A stretch of 64,000 nucleotides of DNA from Octopus vulgaris (Eukaryota). A program made the position numbers and the translations under genes. The first letter of the stretch is position 1. Each line of letters opens with the position of its first letter. The stretch lies in contig OX597818.1 in NCBI GenBank assembly GCA_951406725.2, positions 112,592,001-112,656,000 on the forward strand, written 5' to 3'. This document shows, one piece after another, positions 24,841 to 39,514 of this stretch. The notes under the pieces are model-generated. The model had not been told where the DNA came from, made no database searches, and saw only the letters and a list, made by a program, of their open reading frames with translations.

Positions 24841-27419
24841 TGGGTTTTCCCGAAAATATATAACTGTATCATAGCTTCAGAATGTGTTTCCATTTTTGGA
24901 TATATGAACTACTGATGATATATGTTTGTGCATCTTTCTTTCTTTCTATCTATGTATATCTCTATCTATATATCTGTCTGCGTGTCTGTCTCTCTTTCTA
25001 TCTATCTAAATGCATATGTAAATATGTCTGTATCTCTCTGTTAAGATATATACGCTTTAGTTTATCAGTCATTAAGCTGCGGCCATGCTGGGGTATCACC
25101 TTGGATTTGTAATTGAATGAATCGACCTCAGAATATTTCTCTTAATCCTTGTACTTATTATGTCGGTCTCTTTGTCGAATTGCTAGCTACAATTCATGGG
25201 TTTCTACTGGAGATTCTGAACCAGTCTATGATTCGTTGAAGTCCAAAGACCCGCATCAGATTAAATCTGCATTTGAGCAAGCCATTTGTTTTCATATTAT
25301 AATGTCGGCCATATAACTGAATAATCTATAAAAAGATCTTAGCATAGCAATATAACACGTTTGCAGCTTTAAAACTGTTAATAATTAGCTTTTCTTCTTC
25401 CACGACACAAGGAACTGGTGACGCTCTCCGCGTAGGGAGGAGCATGTTCGTTTTCTTACGAAGCGGTTGTCAAATAATTTAGTTTTGAACTTAATGTCTG
25501 TTCTTAGTGCCCCAAATGACGCTTCTCCGCGGGCGCCTTTGGTAGGACATTTATTTCCTTCAATATTCTTAGAACTAGACTAATATTTCAATTCCAAATT
25601 TTGAAAGTTATATATATATTATGCTTATTTATACAAAGATTTTTATGTTATTTTCTATATGATTAGAGAGAAAATTAATAGATTAGTAACATACTCTATT
25701 AATAGTTGCTATGTTAAAATTAAAACGTTTTGAAAATGTTTTAGTAAAGGAATTACGAAAACGAATGTTAGAGCAGTGAGTAATTTCATTTTAAATATTA
25801 TTTTTATATTTCAACATTTGTTTATTTAAGCAATATGTAGTCTAGCCTGATCATCTAAATTTCTAAAACATCACAGTTCCCAGTAAATCTAGGGTCGTAG
25901 TCAAACTGCAGATGCACACAACATATTCCAAGCATATTATGAAATATGTAACGAGTGTATTTATGCATACACGTGCACATACACATGCAAAGACATGCAA
26001 ACAAATATATAGAGTGAGAATATTGAAAGTGAGAGCATTTTGGTTTTGTTACGCTCTAAAAACAAAATAGTTTTTGCACTATGTGTGTGTGTGTATACAC
26101 AGACACGCACACAGACAACTATATATATATTTATATACATACAAACATGTGCACGCACACACATTCCCATATTCACACACTCATACATCCATAGTCACAT
26201 CCCTTTATATCTTCGTCTTTGAATCTCAAAGTATTACCCCCTTTCATTTCTTTATCGTTTACTGAACCTGTCATCCTCGCCACCTTCCCCCACACTTATC
26301 CCCTTCCCGCCATACTCTGCTTTGTCTAAGGAAAAACACAACGAAAAAGAAGAAGCCATTTTTTAAATGTTTCTGCGTTCCTTTAAAGTTTTCCGATATT
26401 AGCAATTTGGCGTTTCTTTCTCGTATATTCACTTTTTGTTTTATATTCTCTATCTCTTCAATATTTTCAATTTCCTTTCATATTTTTGAAGTATTTAAGC
26501 GGCTTCTATAAAATACACTCTACTGCTTTCCTTATGCTATTTCGTTTGTTTTCCATATGATTTTGCTTTTCTTTTCTTTTTCTCCCGTTTTTCCTTTCTT
26601 CTTTCTCCATCCCACCTCTGTCACATTTGTATCATGATTGTCTGACATTTTAGTTCACATTAAATGCGTCGTCTGTCGCTTGGTTGCAGTTGTCTTCTTT
26701 CCTTGTATCTGCTCCATCGCTAAATTTTTCTCTCATTCTTTGAACAACTCCATCCATTATAATTGTTCAACTTCTTTCTTATATGTGGTTTTCTATGTCG
26801 ATATTTTCTCGTCACAAATCTATAATTATTTCTTACTTTGATCTCCATCAAAGATAATCATTTACAGCGTGCTAATTAATCAGAACGTCATTCCAATAAC
26901 GATGTGCATTGAATGAGGGGAGGGCCAGTTACAGCCTTTATTGTCGAAGTCATTAAAGTTACTTGTGAAGCGAGTAATCCATTGTGACACTCAAGAAAAA
27001 CGTTAAGGCAGCAATTATGTAAAATCAAGTGCAAGAATTTCAGCTCTGCAACGAAATAAGATAATCGACAGAAGATTAATAAATAATAGAAGCATGAGAA
27101 TGAAGACTTGGGGATGGATCCCGAGAGTGCACTTGTAAAATTGAGATCGATGTTGTATCTTTAAATTGTTTCGAGTTTATATTTACGGCAGAGAATTCCG
27201 TTATATATTTGGTGAAAAATGAAAATCAATAATAGATTACATAATATGAAGCAATTTAATGTTCTCTGTTCAATCCATTGATACACAGTTTTCCTCACTT
27301 TCGTTTCAACAGGCTTGAAACTACAAGTGTTTACTTGCAATATTTGTTTGAAAACTTTATTCATGAACAAGCATATATGAGATTGCAGTATATAACAAAA
27401 GAAAGAAAGAAAATACAAG

Positions 27420-27548
27420 GAAATGGCAGGATCGTTGGCGGAGAGGACAAAATAATTTCATTTATTTCGGCTTTTTAAGTTCTCAGTTCAAATTCCGCTG
27501 AGATCGAGGTTGTATTTTATCCTCTATGGGTTGACAAAATAGGACTAC
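27420..27548 (+). mobile_element. tRNA-derived SINE fragment
   Basis: TGGCAGGATCGTT...TTCTCAGTTCAAATTCCGCTGAGATCGA. Confidence 0.6.
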
Positions 27549-28155
27549 GAAGAATTTAACCAACTTGTAAGGACGTTTAATTTCTGTTTCAAAAGAAAGG
27601 CACAACGAGAAATTGTAAGAACAAAGGTACAACGATTATCCTAAGAGCGAAAATGTTGATTTCCTCCTTACAACGTTTCGATGGGTTTGTTCGCGGATTA
27701 GCTAGAGTATGTTAAAAGATACAAGGAAGGAAATTAAACGATATTGATTTATCTTCACCAATCGAAGTATTATATTAACGAGTGTATTAGTGATTTATCG
27801 TCAGTGTATTTTATTACAAGAAAAATTTAATAGTCAAAACTAATGAAAAGGTTGCAAGATGCAACGAAAATTTTAGGACAATAAAAATTAGAAAAACGTG
27901 GAAATATTACCGGTGAGCGTGTTACATAATAATAAGGCACAAAAAGAAAATGACTCTCCCCAGACACAATAGAATATGCTTCAACACACGAACTCATATA
28001 AAGAATCTTGCAAACCAAATTCAAAAACAAAATTTAACTAGCTTTCCATTTAAATTAGAGATTTACATGGCGGTTTCTCCCATTCACTTTTCGAATTATG
28101 TACTTGTATTGACAATTTCGACAAAATAAATGTAATATGAGTACAGTTGAGATAC

Positions 28156-28196
<41 letters not shown>

Positions 28197-28569
28197 ATGG
28201 GGAATTTGTACAAAATGTCTAAATGGATGATGATGAAAGCACCGGCACACTTTCGATTACCTGTTGTTATCCATACATTTACTGTAATCTTTATTACATG
28301 TTCCATCTCCTATTTTATTGATACTACACACACACACACACACATACATACATACATACATACATACACACATACATACATACATACATACATATGTGTG
28401 TGTGCGTGTATACAGGGGGAATGACACGGTCTCAAGCGCATTATAAACTCATTGTCTCAACACAGTACTCTTTGATTGTAGTGTAAGATTATTGTATTTC
28501 GCAGTAATTAATGCTTACTTTTATCACTCAATGGTTTTACACTTCTGTATATTACATGCACGTATTATT

Positions 28570-29159
28570 CATGCTTCTGGATTTTGATGCACTGCAGAGA
28601 GTTTAGCCTTTCAACCGTAGCAGCACATCACAGGTGTCTCTTCAGGCCACTTCCTTGCTTTACCATGTATGCACTCAGTTGGCATTGCACCAATGGAAAC
28701 TTTAGTGTCATCTGCATAACTAACTGCCGGATCATATTTGGAAGCCTCTTCATAGAAGTTGCTGTTCGGAACTGTTGTAACTGCTTTTCCTTGTGCACTG
28801 GAGATCCGATTATTTGTTAGGCGTGCATAACTCCGTTAAGCAATTTTAGATGCTCGGGCATCTTTCCTATGTTGAAGCACAACTCTTGTCTCATCATTCT
28901 CAGTTACTCTGGTTGCTCGAAAGCGCACAGTCTTTTTTTTTCTTTCTTGGCGTGCTTTCCTTTCTTCAGCTGTCTCTCTTTCCCTCGACAGAAACACTCT
29001 TTTAGCCGACCTTCACAGCTTCCTTCTAAGCATGGTTATTTACGGATACACAAACACACCGGTACTGAAGATTGTAAACAATGAAAGAAGTTTTAATACT
29101 TTTTTTTACTACTAGAAATCGTTACAATAGTAAACGCTAGATAGAATGGATCACAGAAT

Positions 29160-29205
<46 letters not shown>

Positions 29206-29440
29206 AGAGGTAGGAAGTTAGATAGGGAACCTGCCTACCGAATATTAAAAATACATAGGTAGGAAGGGAGGGAACAGAGAAAGAGAGTGAATAAGGAAGA
29301 GGAGGGAGAAAGACTGAAGAAGGAAGAGCTGTTACGTCAGACTAGCATGTGTGTGTCTAGCTAGCCGCCGTTGCTACGTCAGTACCGGAAGTTGACATTG
29401 AAAGATCCATTCAAGGAATTTTCTCTTATACAAAGTGATA
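28570..29440 (-). mobile_element. Helitron 5' portion with decayed Rep/Helicase N-terminus
   Basis: Minus-strand translation RERETAEERKAR...YEEASKYDPAVSYADDTKVSIGAMPTECIHGKARKWPEETPVMCCYG*KAKL matches the Helitron YDP...IGxMxxxCxxCxAxKWxxExxxxCCxxGK motif. Plausible 5' TC end near 29438. Confidence 0.75.
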
Positions 29441-29739
29441 TTATTTATTTTTAATACAAAAATAAATCAAGACCATATTTTTATAATCCAGGTCAAATTA
29501 TTCATGCACCCCAAGTATGGAACCGATACGTGCAGCAGTTCACAAGTGCACAAGTTCATATATGGAGATACACATCCATATATAACAAACGCACGTACAT
29601 AGTCACACAGACCTATACACATAGACACACTCATACATGCACACACAAGGAGACAACGGTATATACACAAATACAAAGACGTCCTAACACACAAACGCTT
29701 GAATATGCAGAATAATACATACAAATGTACACACGCGTA

Positions 29740-29791
<52 letters not shown>

Positions 29792-29869
29792 TACACACAT
29801 ACATACATATGTGTATACATATGCACACACATTAAAAAAGTAACGAAACTCTCATAACGGAAACAGTGA

Positions 29870-30652
29870 ACGACAATTTTAGAGGTCGCAAGACGCAACG
29901 AACATTCTATGAAAACAAATGAGTAAATGTGTGGAAATCTAACCGGTGCGTGTGTTAAGATATAGGGAACTAAAAGAGAACGACTCTCCCCAGACACAAT
30001 ATTTACATTTATATATAATACAAAATGGGACGAGAACTCAAAACATCCGGACAGTTAGGTGATACAAAAATGGGACAACAAAACATCCGTATAGACGATA
30101 CAAAGGAAAAAAGATGGGTCATTCGACATTTTCTTTCCTCAGTCAAGTACCAGATTATCTTCGCGATTTCGGCTGATTATACTTGAGATTGCTCCAATCT
30201 GGCCAGCCCCAAGGAAAAACTAAGCTAAGAGTATTAGATTCCTTGGAAGAAAGCAGCGAATGTATAAACAAACAATGGTGGAAAAAAGCGGACCTTACAC
30301 AAATCTAAAAAGAATATATATAAAATAATAACAGGACATATAACAGGTGTCTTTCGACTAAGGACAAATGAAATTAAGCTGGCGTGTGTGGGAATGGAGC
30401 CTTACGGCAGGAATAGAAGGTTTCACAAACACAGGGAGGAACCTCGATGTTGCACGGGCAACGGCCAGACGAGGATGTGGAACAAATATAGTATTATTGG
30501 ACGCTCAGGAAAGACGGAAAGAAGGAGGGTTTAACGTGTCGAGCGGAGCTCTCCGTCGGAAACTTAGGAGGAGGAACGATCCAGAGAAAGGAAAACAAAG
30601 GGAAAAAATCGCCAACGCTACACACGAGGTCACATTTTGAAAGACCGGAAGG

Positions 30653-30655
<3 letters not shown>
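29870..30655 (-). mobile_element. Dispersed repeat in (TA)n, probably Penelope-derived
   Basis: Reverse complement shares CTCTTAGCTTAG, TCTGGTACTTGACTGA.GAAAGAAA and AGTCGAAAGAC.CCTGTT with 47900-48540. The 29930-30000 part also matches 27895-27970. Confidence 0.55.
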
Positions 30656-30717
<62 letters not shown>

Positions 30718-30882
30718 AATAATAAATATTAGGGAATAAATCCAAACTTACAGGGAAAAATTCAATTTAGGATTGAATCCAATTTTATAGTAAAATATTA
30801 TATAATATTAAATTAGAGACAATTTGCCTAATAGTGGTTTTGTCTCTAATTTAATATTATATACATATATATATATATATAC

Positions 30883-30938
<56 letters not shown>

Positions 30939-30950
30939 ATGTATATATAT

Positions 30951-30995
<45 letters not shown>

Positions 30996-31053
30996 CTACG
31001 TATTTATGCATTTATGTATATATGTATATGTGTGTATATATATATATATACAT

Positions 31054-31092
<39 letters not shown>

Positions 31093-32515
31093 CTCTGTGT
31101 ATAGTGACGGAGAGAAAGAGAGGGGTGGAGAGAGAATATAGAAGGTCATTTCGGCAATTGATGTAATGCTATGTGAGTGCTCTGTTTGGTACAGCGCTGA
31201 ATCTCTGGCTTGAACTGCAGCAGAAAAATGTTGTGCTGAGAAATCGTATCAAAGGTGCCCAGAAGTGTTTCTCTTCTGATTAGGTGAATAGAGATTAAAA
31301 TAGAAAAAGGAAGAGCAAAACTTTTGGCATTACACGAAAAACATTCAATTGAAATAGAGAATATAAACATAATTCGGAAAAATTATGATTATAAGATAGA
31401 GTCACTTATCGCTGTTTCTGGAATAGCCAAGCTTGTGGATCATGATATAAAGGATGCTATTAGAGGAGTCAGAAAATATAGAAATGTAGAATATCCCAAA
31501 TCGAGGATATTATAAGTACCTTCTCAATATCAAATTCCTGTTTTTTTCCTTCAGTCTTGGTACTGTTGTGAAACTATTCGTCTAGTTGTAATTCTTCGTG
31601 GGTCTATTTTCTTTCAGATATCATCTTGTGTATTTTGTCTTCTACTTTAACCACGATGCAGTACTAATTGCATTGCAACATGCTTAAGGAGTACTTCTAA
31701 AAAAAATTTTTAGATTTTTATATCAATATTGCTAATGTCATCTCTCGCCAGGCTACAAAATTCATGGACAAACAGCTACAACTATTGCTTTAGTATAAAG
31801 CACTCAATGAAAATGTAAATATTTTCCCCTCTCCACTTCATCTATTTTCTTTCATCGTTTATACACTTTCTAATTCATTTATTTCGTGTTTCACCAATTC
31901 ACTGTTACAAAAGTACAACTGATGATGGCAACAGCTCATGTATTTATCACTATTGTCAAATTCGTTGGATTAAGTCTGGATTACAGTACACATTCTAATC
32001 CTGTTACATGTTCAGCCTACACACTTTCATTAATTTCATTTATGGACGTTGGCACATAATTTCATTAGAAACAGAGCAGATACTTTTATCCACTGTCACG
32101 AGAATGTAAAATATGTTATTCTAATAAATGTATTCCATTAAAATTAGCAGCCTTTTCTTTCTTTGAAATTAAAGACACAATTATTGATACGTGTAACAGC
32201 ATACCAATAACTCTGCAACACCATTTCTCTTTCAACGCATGAACTGATCCCTCTCTCACTCTCTCTGACGTCGAGAATGTCTTTCATTCATCCATGAAGA
32301 ATGTATTATATAGAGGTTGTGTCTTTCCCTCTAATGTACACACCGAGTTGACTTTTGCAAGTGTTATTGTAGTAGGTATTTGTGCGATTAAAAATGGCAT
32401 AACGAGTCTTCCTAGACAATATGGACTTTAATAATACAGTTCTATATTTCAGAGATGAGGAATTATGTATATTATGTACATTTGGCGGATATTTGTCCTC
32501 ATCTTGTTTGTTGTT

Positions 32516-32561
32516 AACACAACGTTTCGGCTGATGTACCCTCAAGCCTTCATCAGGTGTC
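32516..32561 (-). ncRNA. Type I hammerhead ribozyme motif
   Basis: GACAC-CUGAUGA-A-GGCUUGAGGGUACAUCAGCC-GAAA-CG-UU-GUGUU. Stem I GACAC/GUGUU, stem II GGCU/AGCC, palindromic ACGU stem III. Confidence 0.75.
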
Positions 32562-32626
32562 TTCGGGAAATTTCGAACTTGAGTTCTCATTCCTAAGGTA
32601 CTTTTCGATGTTGTTGTTACTACTAC

Positions 32627-32759
<133 letters not shown>

Positions 32760-32858
32760 TTCCGAGTCATTGCCTGGAATCGAACTCAGAATCTTAGGAT
32801 TAGTCGCCCATGCCCTTAACCCGTACGCCAAGATTCCGTGTTCTATTCCTGGCAGTGG

Positions 32859-32921
<63 letters not shown>

Positions 32922-32985
32922 CAACAACAACAGCAACATCGAAAAATACATTAGGAATGAGAACCCAGGTTCCAAATTTCCCTAA

Positions 32986-33031
32986 GACACCCGAAGAAGG
33001 CTGGAGAGTATATCAGCCGAAACTCTGTGTT
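32986..33031 (+). ncRNA. Degenerate hammerhead motif
   Basis: GACAC-CCGAAGA-A-GGCUG...CAGCC-GAAA-CUCU-GUGUU. Core U4 and the stem III region are mutated relative to the minus-strand copy. Confidence 0.5.
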
Positions 33032-33219
33032 AACAACAAACAAGATGAGGACAAATATCCGTCAAATCTAAATAATGTAAATAATTGACTTTAATGGTTA
33101 CATTTTCTGATGGTTTCTTATTTGGTTCATGGACATTATATAAACCTTTCATACTAGCAGGGAGAATGAAGACCAGGTTTTCGCTATGATAAACGTTGTC
33201 AGAAATTCCACCTATCTGG

Positions 33220-33811
33220 TGTTGTGTAGTGAGAAGCTTGCTTCTTTGGCACGCGTTTCCGGGTTCAGTCCCAAAACGTGGCACCTTCGATGGGTGTCGG
33301 CCTCGGGCTGACTGAATCTTTGTGAGTCGATTTGTTAGAGGGAAACTGAAAGAAGCCAGTCGTATATATATATATATATATATATATATACTCTTTTACT
33401 CTTTAAATCTTTTATTTTTTTCATTCATTTGTATTGTAGCCATGCGGGAGCACCGCCTTTAGTCGAGCAAAGCGACCCCAGGACTTATTCTTTGCAAGCC
33501 TAGTACCTATTCTATCGGTCTCTTTTCAGAACTGCTAAGTTACGGGGACGTAAACACACCAGCATGGGATGTCAAGCGATGTTGGGGACAAACACAGACA
33601 TACAAACATATACACACACATACAGATATATATTTATACGTATATACGGCGGGCTTCTTTCAGTTTCCGTCCACCAAATCCAATCACAAGACTTTGGTCG
33701 GCCCGAGCCTATAGTAAAGACAATTGCCCAACGTGCCACGCAGTGGGACTGAACCCGGAACCATGTGGCTTGTAAGCAAGCTTCTTACTACAGAGCCTCT
33801 CCTACACCTAC

Positions 33812-33857
<46 letters not shown>

Positions 33858-34070
33858 GTGTCGCTGTCTCTCACGACCGCTTGACAACCGGTGTTAATGT
33901 GTTTGCGTACCAGTAAGTTAATGGTTCCACAAAAGCCCCGATAGAACAAGTACCAGGATTTTAAAAATACGCACTCTGGGAGGGGAGGTAATTCATTCTA
34001 GTAAAATTCTTGAAGGGGTTGCCCGAGCATAATCACACCCAAATGACTGAGACAAGTCAAAGATGAAAGT
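33220..34070. mobile_element. Nested SINEs: minus-strand full copy (33390-33800) inserted in the (TA)n centre of a plus-strand copy
   Basis: Plus-strand head at 33220-33362 and tail at 33850-34070 flank an opposite-orientation copy of the same family. Confidence 0.75.
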
Positions 34071-34586
34071 TAAACCCAATAATGGAGAGACATTTCGTCA
34101 GCGAATTTAAAGCTGACCCACAGGGGGCGCTGATGAGACTATTGGCACTGCTATGTTGGCACTGCTATGTTTTAAACTTTTGTCAATGAGCAGATTGTAT
34201 TTGAATTCATATAAATGTTCCTTCCATTTCTTTTGTTCAACAGGTATTAATTTATTCTATATGAAATGATTGTGAATTTTCTGAGAAATCTCAATAGGAG
34301 ATTAAGTCAGCTAATCGGATAATAAATTTTACTGGATTTTCTTTCTCTCTTTTCCATCATAATCAAAACTATTCGAAGCTCACCTGTCATCAACCCCTGG
34401 ACAGCTTTTCCTATTACACATCCATTTAAAAGACTTTCTGCTTGAAATTCATTCAGATGATTTCCGGCTTCATAGACACTTAGAAGATTCCTCATTTGGT
34501 TTTTAATCAACATCTAAATGAATTTCTCATTTAATATTGCATTGCAAAACAGACATTCAAAAGCATATCATGCGTCGGTAATAAAC

Positions 34587-34951
<365 letters not shown>

Positions 34952-34963
34952 ATTGTTCTTCTT

Positions 34964-35071
<108 letters not shown>

Positions 35072-36384
35072 GCTGTTGTCTTTGCACAACTTCTAACGCT
35101 GGAGATGTACTACAGTGGTGTCAGTTGTTCACTGCCATTGAAGTAGAGTAACACCCGCTATTTTTCAAGCACCATCAGGACTATGAAAATAACAACGAAG
35201 ACAGTGAGAGTAATAAACAGAAGGAAGAAAGATTATATTCTTACTTCAGCTCTCCGAAAAACCTCCAACTCACCCACAACCACATTTAACACCTACCTAA
35301 ATTTTCCAACACCATTCCAAATTTACCAGAATGGAACCTCTATATGTAGTTATTGAAGTGCATTCCACCTTATTCTGCATGTGAAAGCCAAGATTTGAAT
35401 GCTACTTATTTATATTTTTTAGGTCTTTGGCTTATGACACAACAAAAAGGAAAGCTTGGTTTGATTCGCCGCATCCAGATATATTGGCAGCCCAGGTGAA
35501 ATTGCATTCTATAATCCTTCCACTACATTTTGTTATTAAGTCGTTTACTTCTTTTCCACGCATCTATACCTCGTCTACGCTAGTACTACATAACAGAAAT
35601 AGAGTTTAATATAAATTTCCACTTCAGCGTAACGAATTAAGTTATAAAATGTCTGCTTGAAAATTCATAAATACTTATATAGGATATAGATGTTACTGTT
35701 TGCTCTGGAATTTTCTTCTTCCTCGTTTTGATAATTATTAAATAATTTCAGTGTAATAATTTCTGTGACGAAGTTCTAGCTTTGATGTTCGTGTACGTAT
35801 ATTTTTCAGTAAAATATATATGCATAAAAGATAAATATTAATTTATTCGTTGTCATTGATGTTAGCGGTTTGTTTTTTCCTGAATCATATCTGATTGGTG
35901 CTGGTTTCAACGGAGCGAAAATCGTTGCTTCTTTATTCTTTGTTTGTTTGACAGTCTATAACTACCACATAGAAGAGAACATCTTACTTGGCAATATCTA
36001 ATTTCGCTCCAATACATTTTTAGTTGAAATTCTGTTCGGTCCATTTAGCTTTTAAACTGTACTTTCCTGAACTTATTTTGTAAATTCTTTTTTATAAATA
36101 ACTTTAAGTTCAGTAATAAACCAGGATCGAATTCTTTCCAAAACTAATATCTTAGAATTCTGAACGAGAGTGAAACTGATACCATCTTGAATTTCAGACA
36201 AAGCCAGAACAAGTTGAACGATATCGACAACGGATTTAGAGCATTTGAACACTATACAAGGAAAACCGAAATATAAAGTAGGGTATTTAAGTTTATAAAA
36301 ATCAAAATATCAACTCATATATTTTATGTATGTAGCCCAGTTTCATTTGTTTATATGCATCATTATTTCTCTCTCTCTCCCTCC

Positions 36385-36452
<68 letters not shown>

Positions 36453-36461
<9 letters not shown>

Positions 36462-36715
36462 TATTAAATTAGAGATAAAACCACTATTAGGCAAAGCAAA
36501 CAATGAAAAACATAAGCCAATACATAAAATTAATTAATTTGTATTATTTTAAATATATATCAAAATTATTAAATTTAATAATTTTTATATGTATATATAT
36601 ATTTAAAATAATATAAATTAATTAATTTTAGGTATTGGCTTACGTTTTTCATTGTTTGATTTGCCTAATAGTGGTTTTATCTCTAATTTAATATAATATA
36701 ACATTTTACTATATA
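36453..36715. repeat. AT-rich fold-back element
   Basis: ATTAAATTAGAGATAAAACCACTATTAGGCAAA...TTTGCCTAATAGTGGTTTTATCTCTAATTTAAT. Related fragments at 30720-30860 and 37132-37230. Confidence 0.75.
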
Positions 36716-36716
36716 C

Positions 36717-36770
<54 letters not shown>

Positions 36771-36899
36771 TTCATTAATCCTTGATTTGGCCGAAACGCC
36801 AGGAACCTACACCTCACATAGATGTATGCGCATGTGTTCATTTCACTGTAAACTGCTAAACAATACATTGGATTCATTGTGCACACGCACAAATATATA

Positions 36900-37115
36900 T
36901 ACTACCTTTATCCAGCCAATCGCCATCATTGACCTCTAACTCCAAAAGTTTTTCTTTTATTCTCTCTCTATTTATTTCATCGTGTTACTTTCTGTTGAAG
37001 AGCCTAAGATCGAAACGAAAACGACTTTCTCACCTTCCCAAGAGTCAAATTAATACACCTGCTTGTTGTTTATACACCTGTCTTCGTCTTTTGTTTTTCT
37101 GTAAATTTCAACTAA
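36900..37115 (+). mobile_element. Penelope-type terminal-repeat remnant (hammerhead-like, degenerate)
   Basis: CTGTTGAAGAGCCTAAGATCGAAACGA and downstream ACACCTG.CTTCGTCTTTTGTTTTT, shared with 7800-8000. Confidence 0.45.
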
Positions 37116-39174
37116 ATATATATATATATATAATAAAATATTAGGGAATAAATCCAAACTTACAGGGACAAATCAGATTTAGGATTAAATCCAATTTTAT
37201 AGTAAAATATTATATTATATTAAATTATATTAAAATATATATATATATATACCAGATAGAAATATACGCTTGCATGTATGTATATTTGTCTGCGTGTGTG
37301 TAGTCATAAGAAGAACTTCGCTACAATTTTCGGCTATAAAACTTTTCTCGCAGTTTAAGATTCATTGATCTACTTGAAACAATAATCGGAAATACTTACC
37401 CAAGTTAGAAGAACCGATAACGTTGGGAAATATATTTCTTCATGCACAAATACCAAGATCTATGTTAGCTATCATTATGTTACAGCGTTTGTGAACTTCG
37501 TATTACGCCTTGTTTATGACACAAATCGGAAAATAAAACGAACCCCACGTAAAATATAAAAAACCCTAAAATATGATTCAACCTTTCACATACTGATTTA
37601 CGAATACCAAAAACAATTATTTCAAAGGGAGTTGTAAGCAGAAATATTGATTTATATTAAGCCCTGAATTCACTTTAATAGAATGTTCTAAATATTCCAG
37701 TTCTAATGTAAGGAAGATATAAAGGAATCTGCTTGCAAAGAAAAACACGATATAAACATAAGAGTGATGAGTATAGAAAGAAAGTAAGTAAATTGAAGGA
37801 TATTGTCAAACATAATAAATATAAGAATCAGGATAGGGAACAATAACGCACTGGAATAAATGTGTAGAGCTGACTTAAACATAAAAGCATTTAAATACTG
37901 TTACTACACGAGACTTAACTTTGTAAAGAACAAAAAAATATCATAAACTCATTATAGAATATACGTCGCTTGCAATCCATCAACATAAATTGAATTGAAG
38001 ATTTCTTCTTGGGAACTTTACATATAAAAACAGAGAGTATATGTAGCTATCAAGAAATTTATTTGCTGTCATGAGATCATCGGTTTCAGACTAATGGTTT
38101 TTTGCTGTTCTTGATGTCGACATTAAAAATATATACATGTTATTACATTACTCCTTCCTGGTAATATAAACCTTAGATGATATTTTCATTGCAGAAGCCA
38201 AATAGATTAGTTTTATGGAAATAAAGAACAAACAGAAACATATGTAAGACCGTACAATACTTATATTGTGTAGCCCTTATCAGTATTGGTCAAGTATGTG
38301 TATGTCTAAAATGCACCGGGTTTTATATTCACGCTCATTATATTATGGACTGTATCTAATCATTTCCATTGCGAAAACCACTTCAGTGTGATTTGAGGAC
38401 AATTTCACTGACAATTAAATTCTGCTGAACAAGCATTGAAATACTGCGCTTTGCAATGCATGACTTACTATCCGCTCATGTGGAAATTACTGATTTCGTT
38501 GCTGGCCGATGTAATATATGCTTTTTAAACTGAAATAGAACAGCTTCCTGAGCAAAAGAAATTGCCTCTGAAATAGCAACATAATCTGTTTGACAGCTAA
38601 GGAAATGGGTGTATAAAATAACAGGAATAATTAATCAGACAAACATATCTAATTGACTGCTTGGGAAGCGGAAATCCTATCACCAAAATCATCTTGTTAT
38701 GCTTCAAAAATGTAGAAATAATGATATTTTGGTATAGGATATCAATATACAATAAATTCAATTATAGTAAAACAGAAGATACATTACAGCCATTATGTAT
38801 TTTATTGTCCAATATAAATATATTATAGCACAAATAAATACAAGTCGAAGAAAATACGGGTTCTTTACGATTTAACTTTATATGTACATATAAAGCTTCA
38901 CAGCTAAAATAATCCCGGGAGATTTAGAAAGGTTACTCCAAATTTCAATAGTCAGAACGACGATTAGAAATGACACATATGGTCACACTACAGGCCAAAA
39001 TCTACATCTATATTTCACTTGTCTTATATGGTACTGCTTCAAGTAGCAATTTAATATATTCAATAAAATAACCCTACGGCAGTAAAAGAAATTAAAGGGC
39101 CTGTCCCGTCTGGAATAATATTTGGACTTCCTATACTTGTATCCCTGCGTCATAATTATCATTATTATTATTAT

Positions 39175-39447
39175 AAAAACAGTTTGAAAACAGAAACAAT
39201 TACTATCATAATAGGCGCATTGGGTATGATAAAAGAATATTGAGACAAATACATAACAAAAACAGGAGGACTAACAAATATGTACATGACATACAGAAAA
39301 TAGTATTAGTAGGCACTGCACACATCCTACGTAAAACACTTTCAATACAGTAATTATAAGAGCGTCACAGCAAACCACAGCACGTACCCAAGGCACACAA
39401 AGCAGCGCTCAGTATCGAAGTAAAAGCACATGATAAAAATATGACAA

Positions 39448-39452
<5 letters not shown>
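39175..39452 (+). mobile_element. R4/Dong LINE 3' end followed by (TAA)n
   Basis: LKTETITIIIGALGMIK...IQKIVLVGTAHILRKTLSIQ* (stop 39351-39353), then a short UTR, then (AAT)n. Confidence 0.85.
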
Positions 39453-39514
<62 letters not shown>

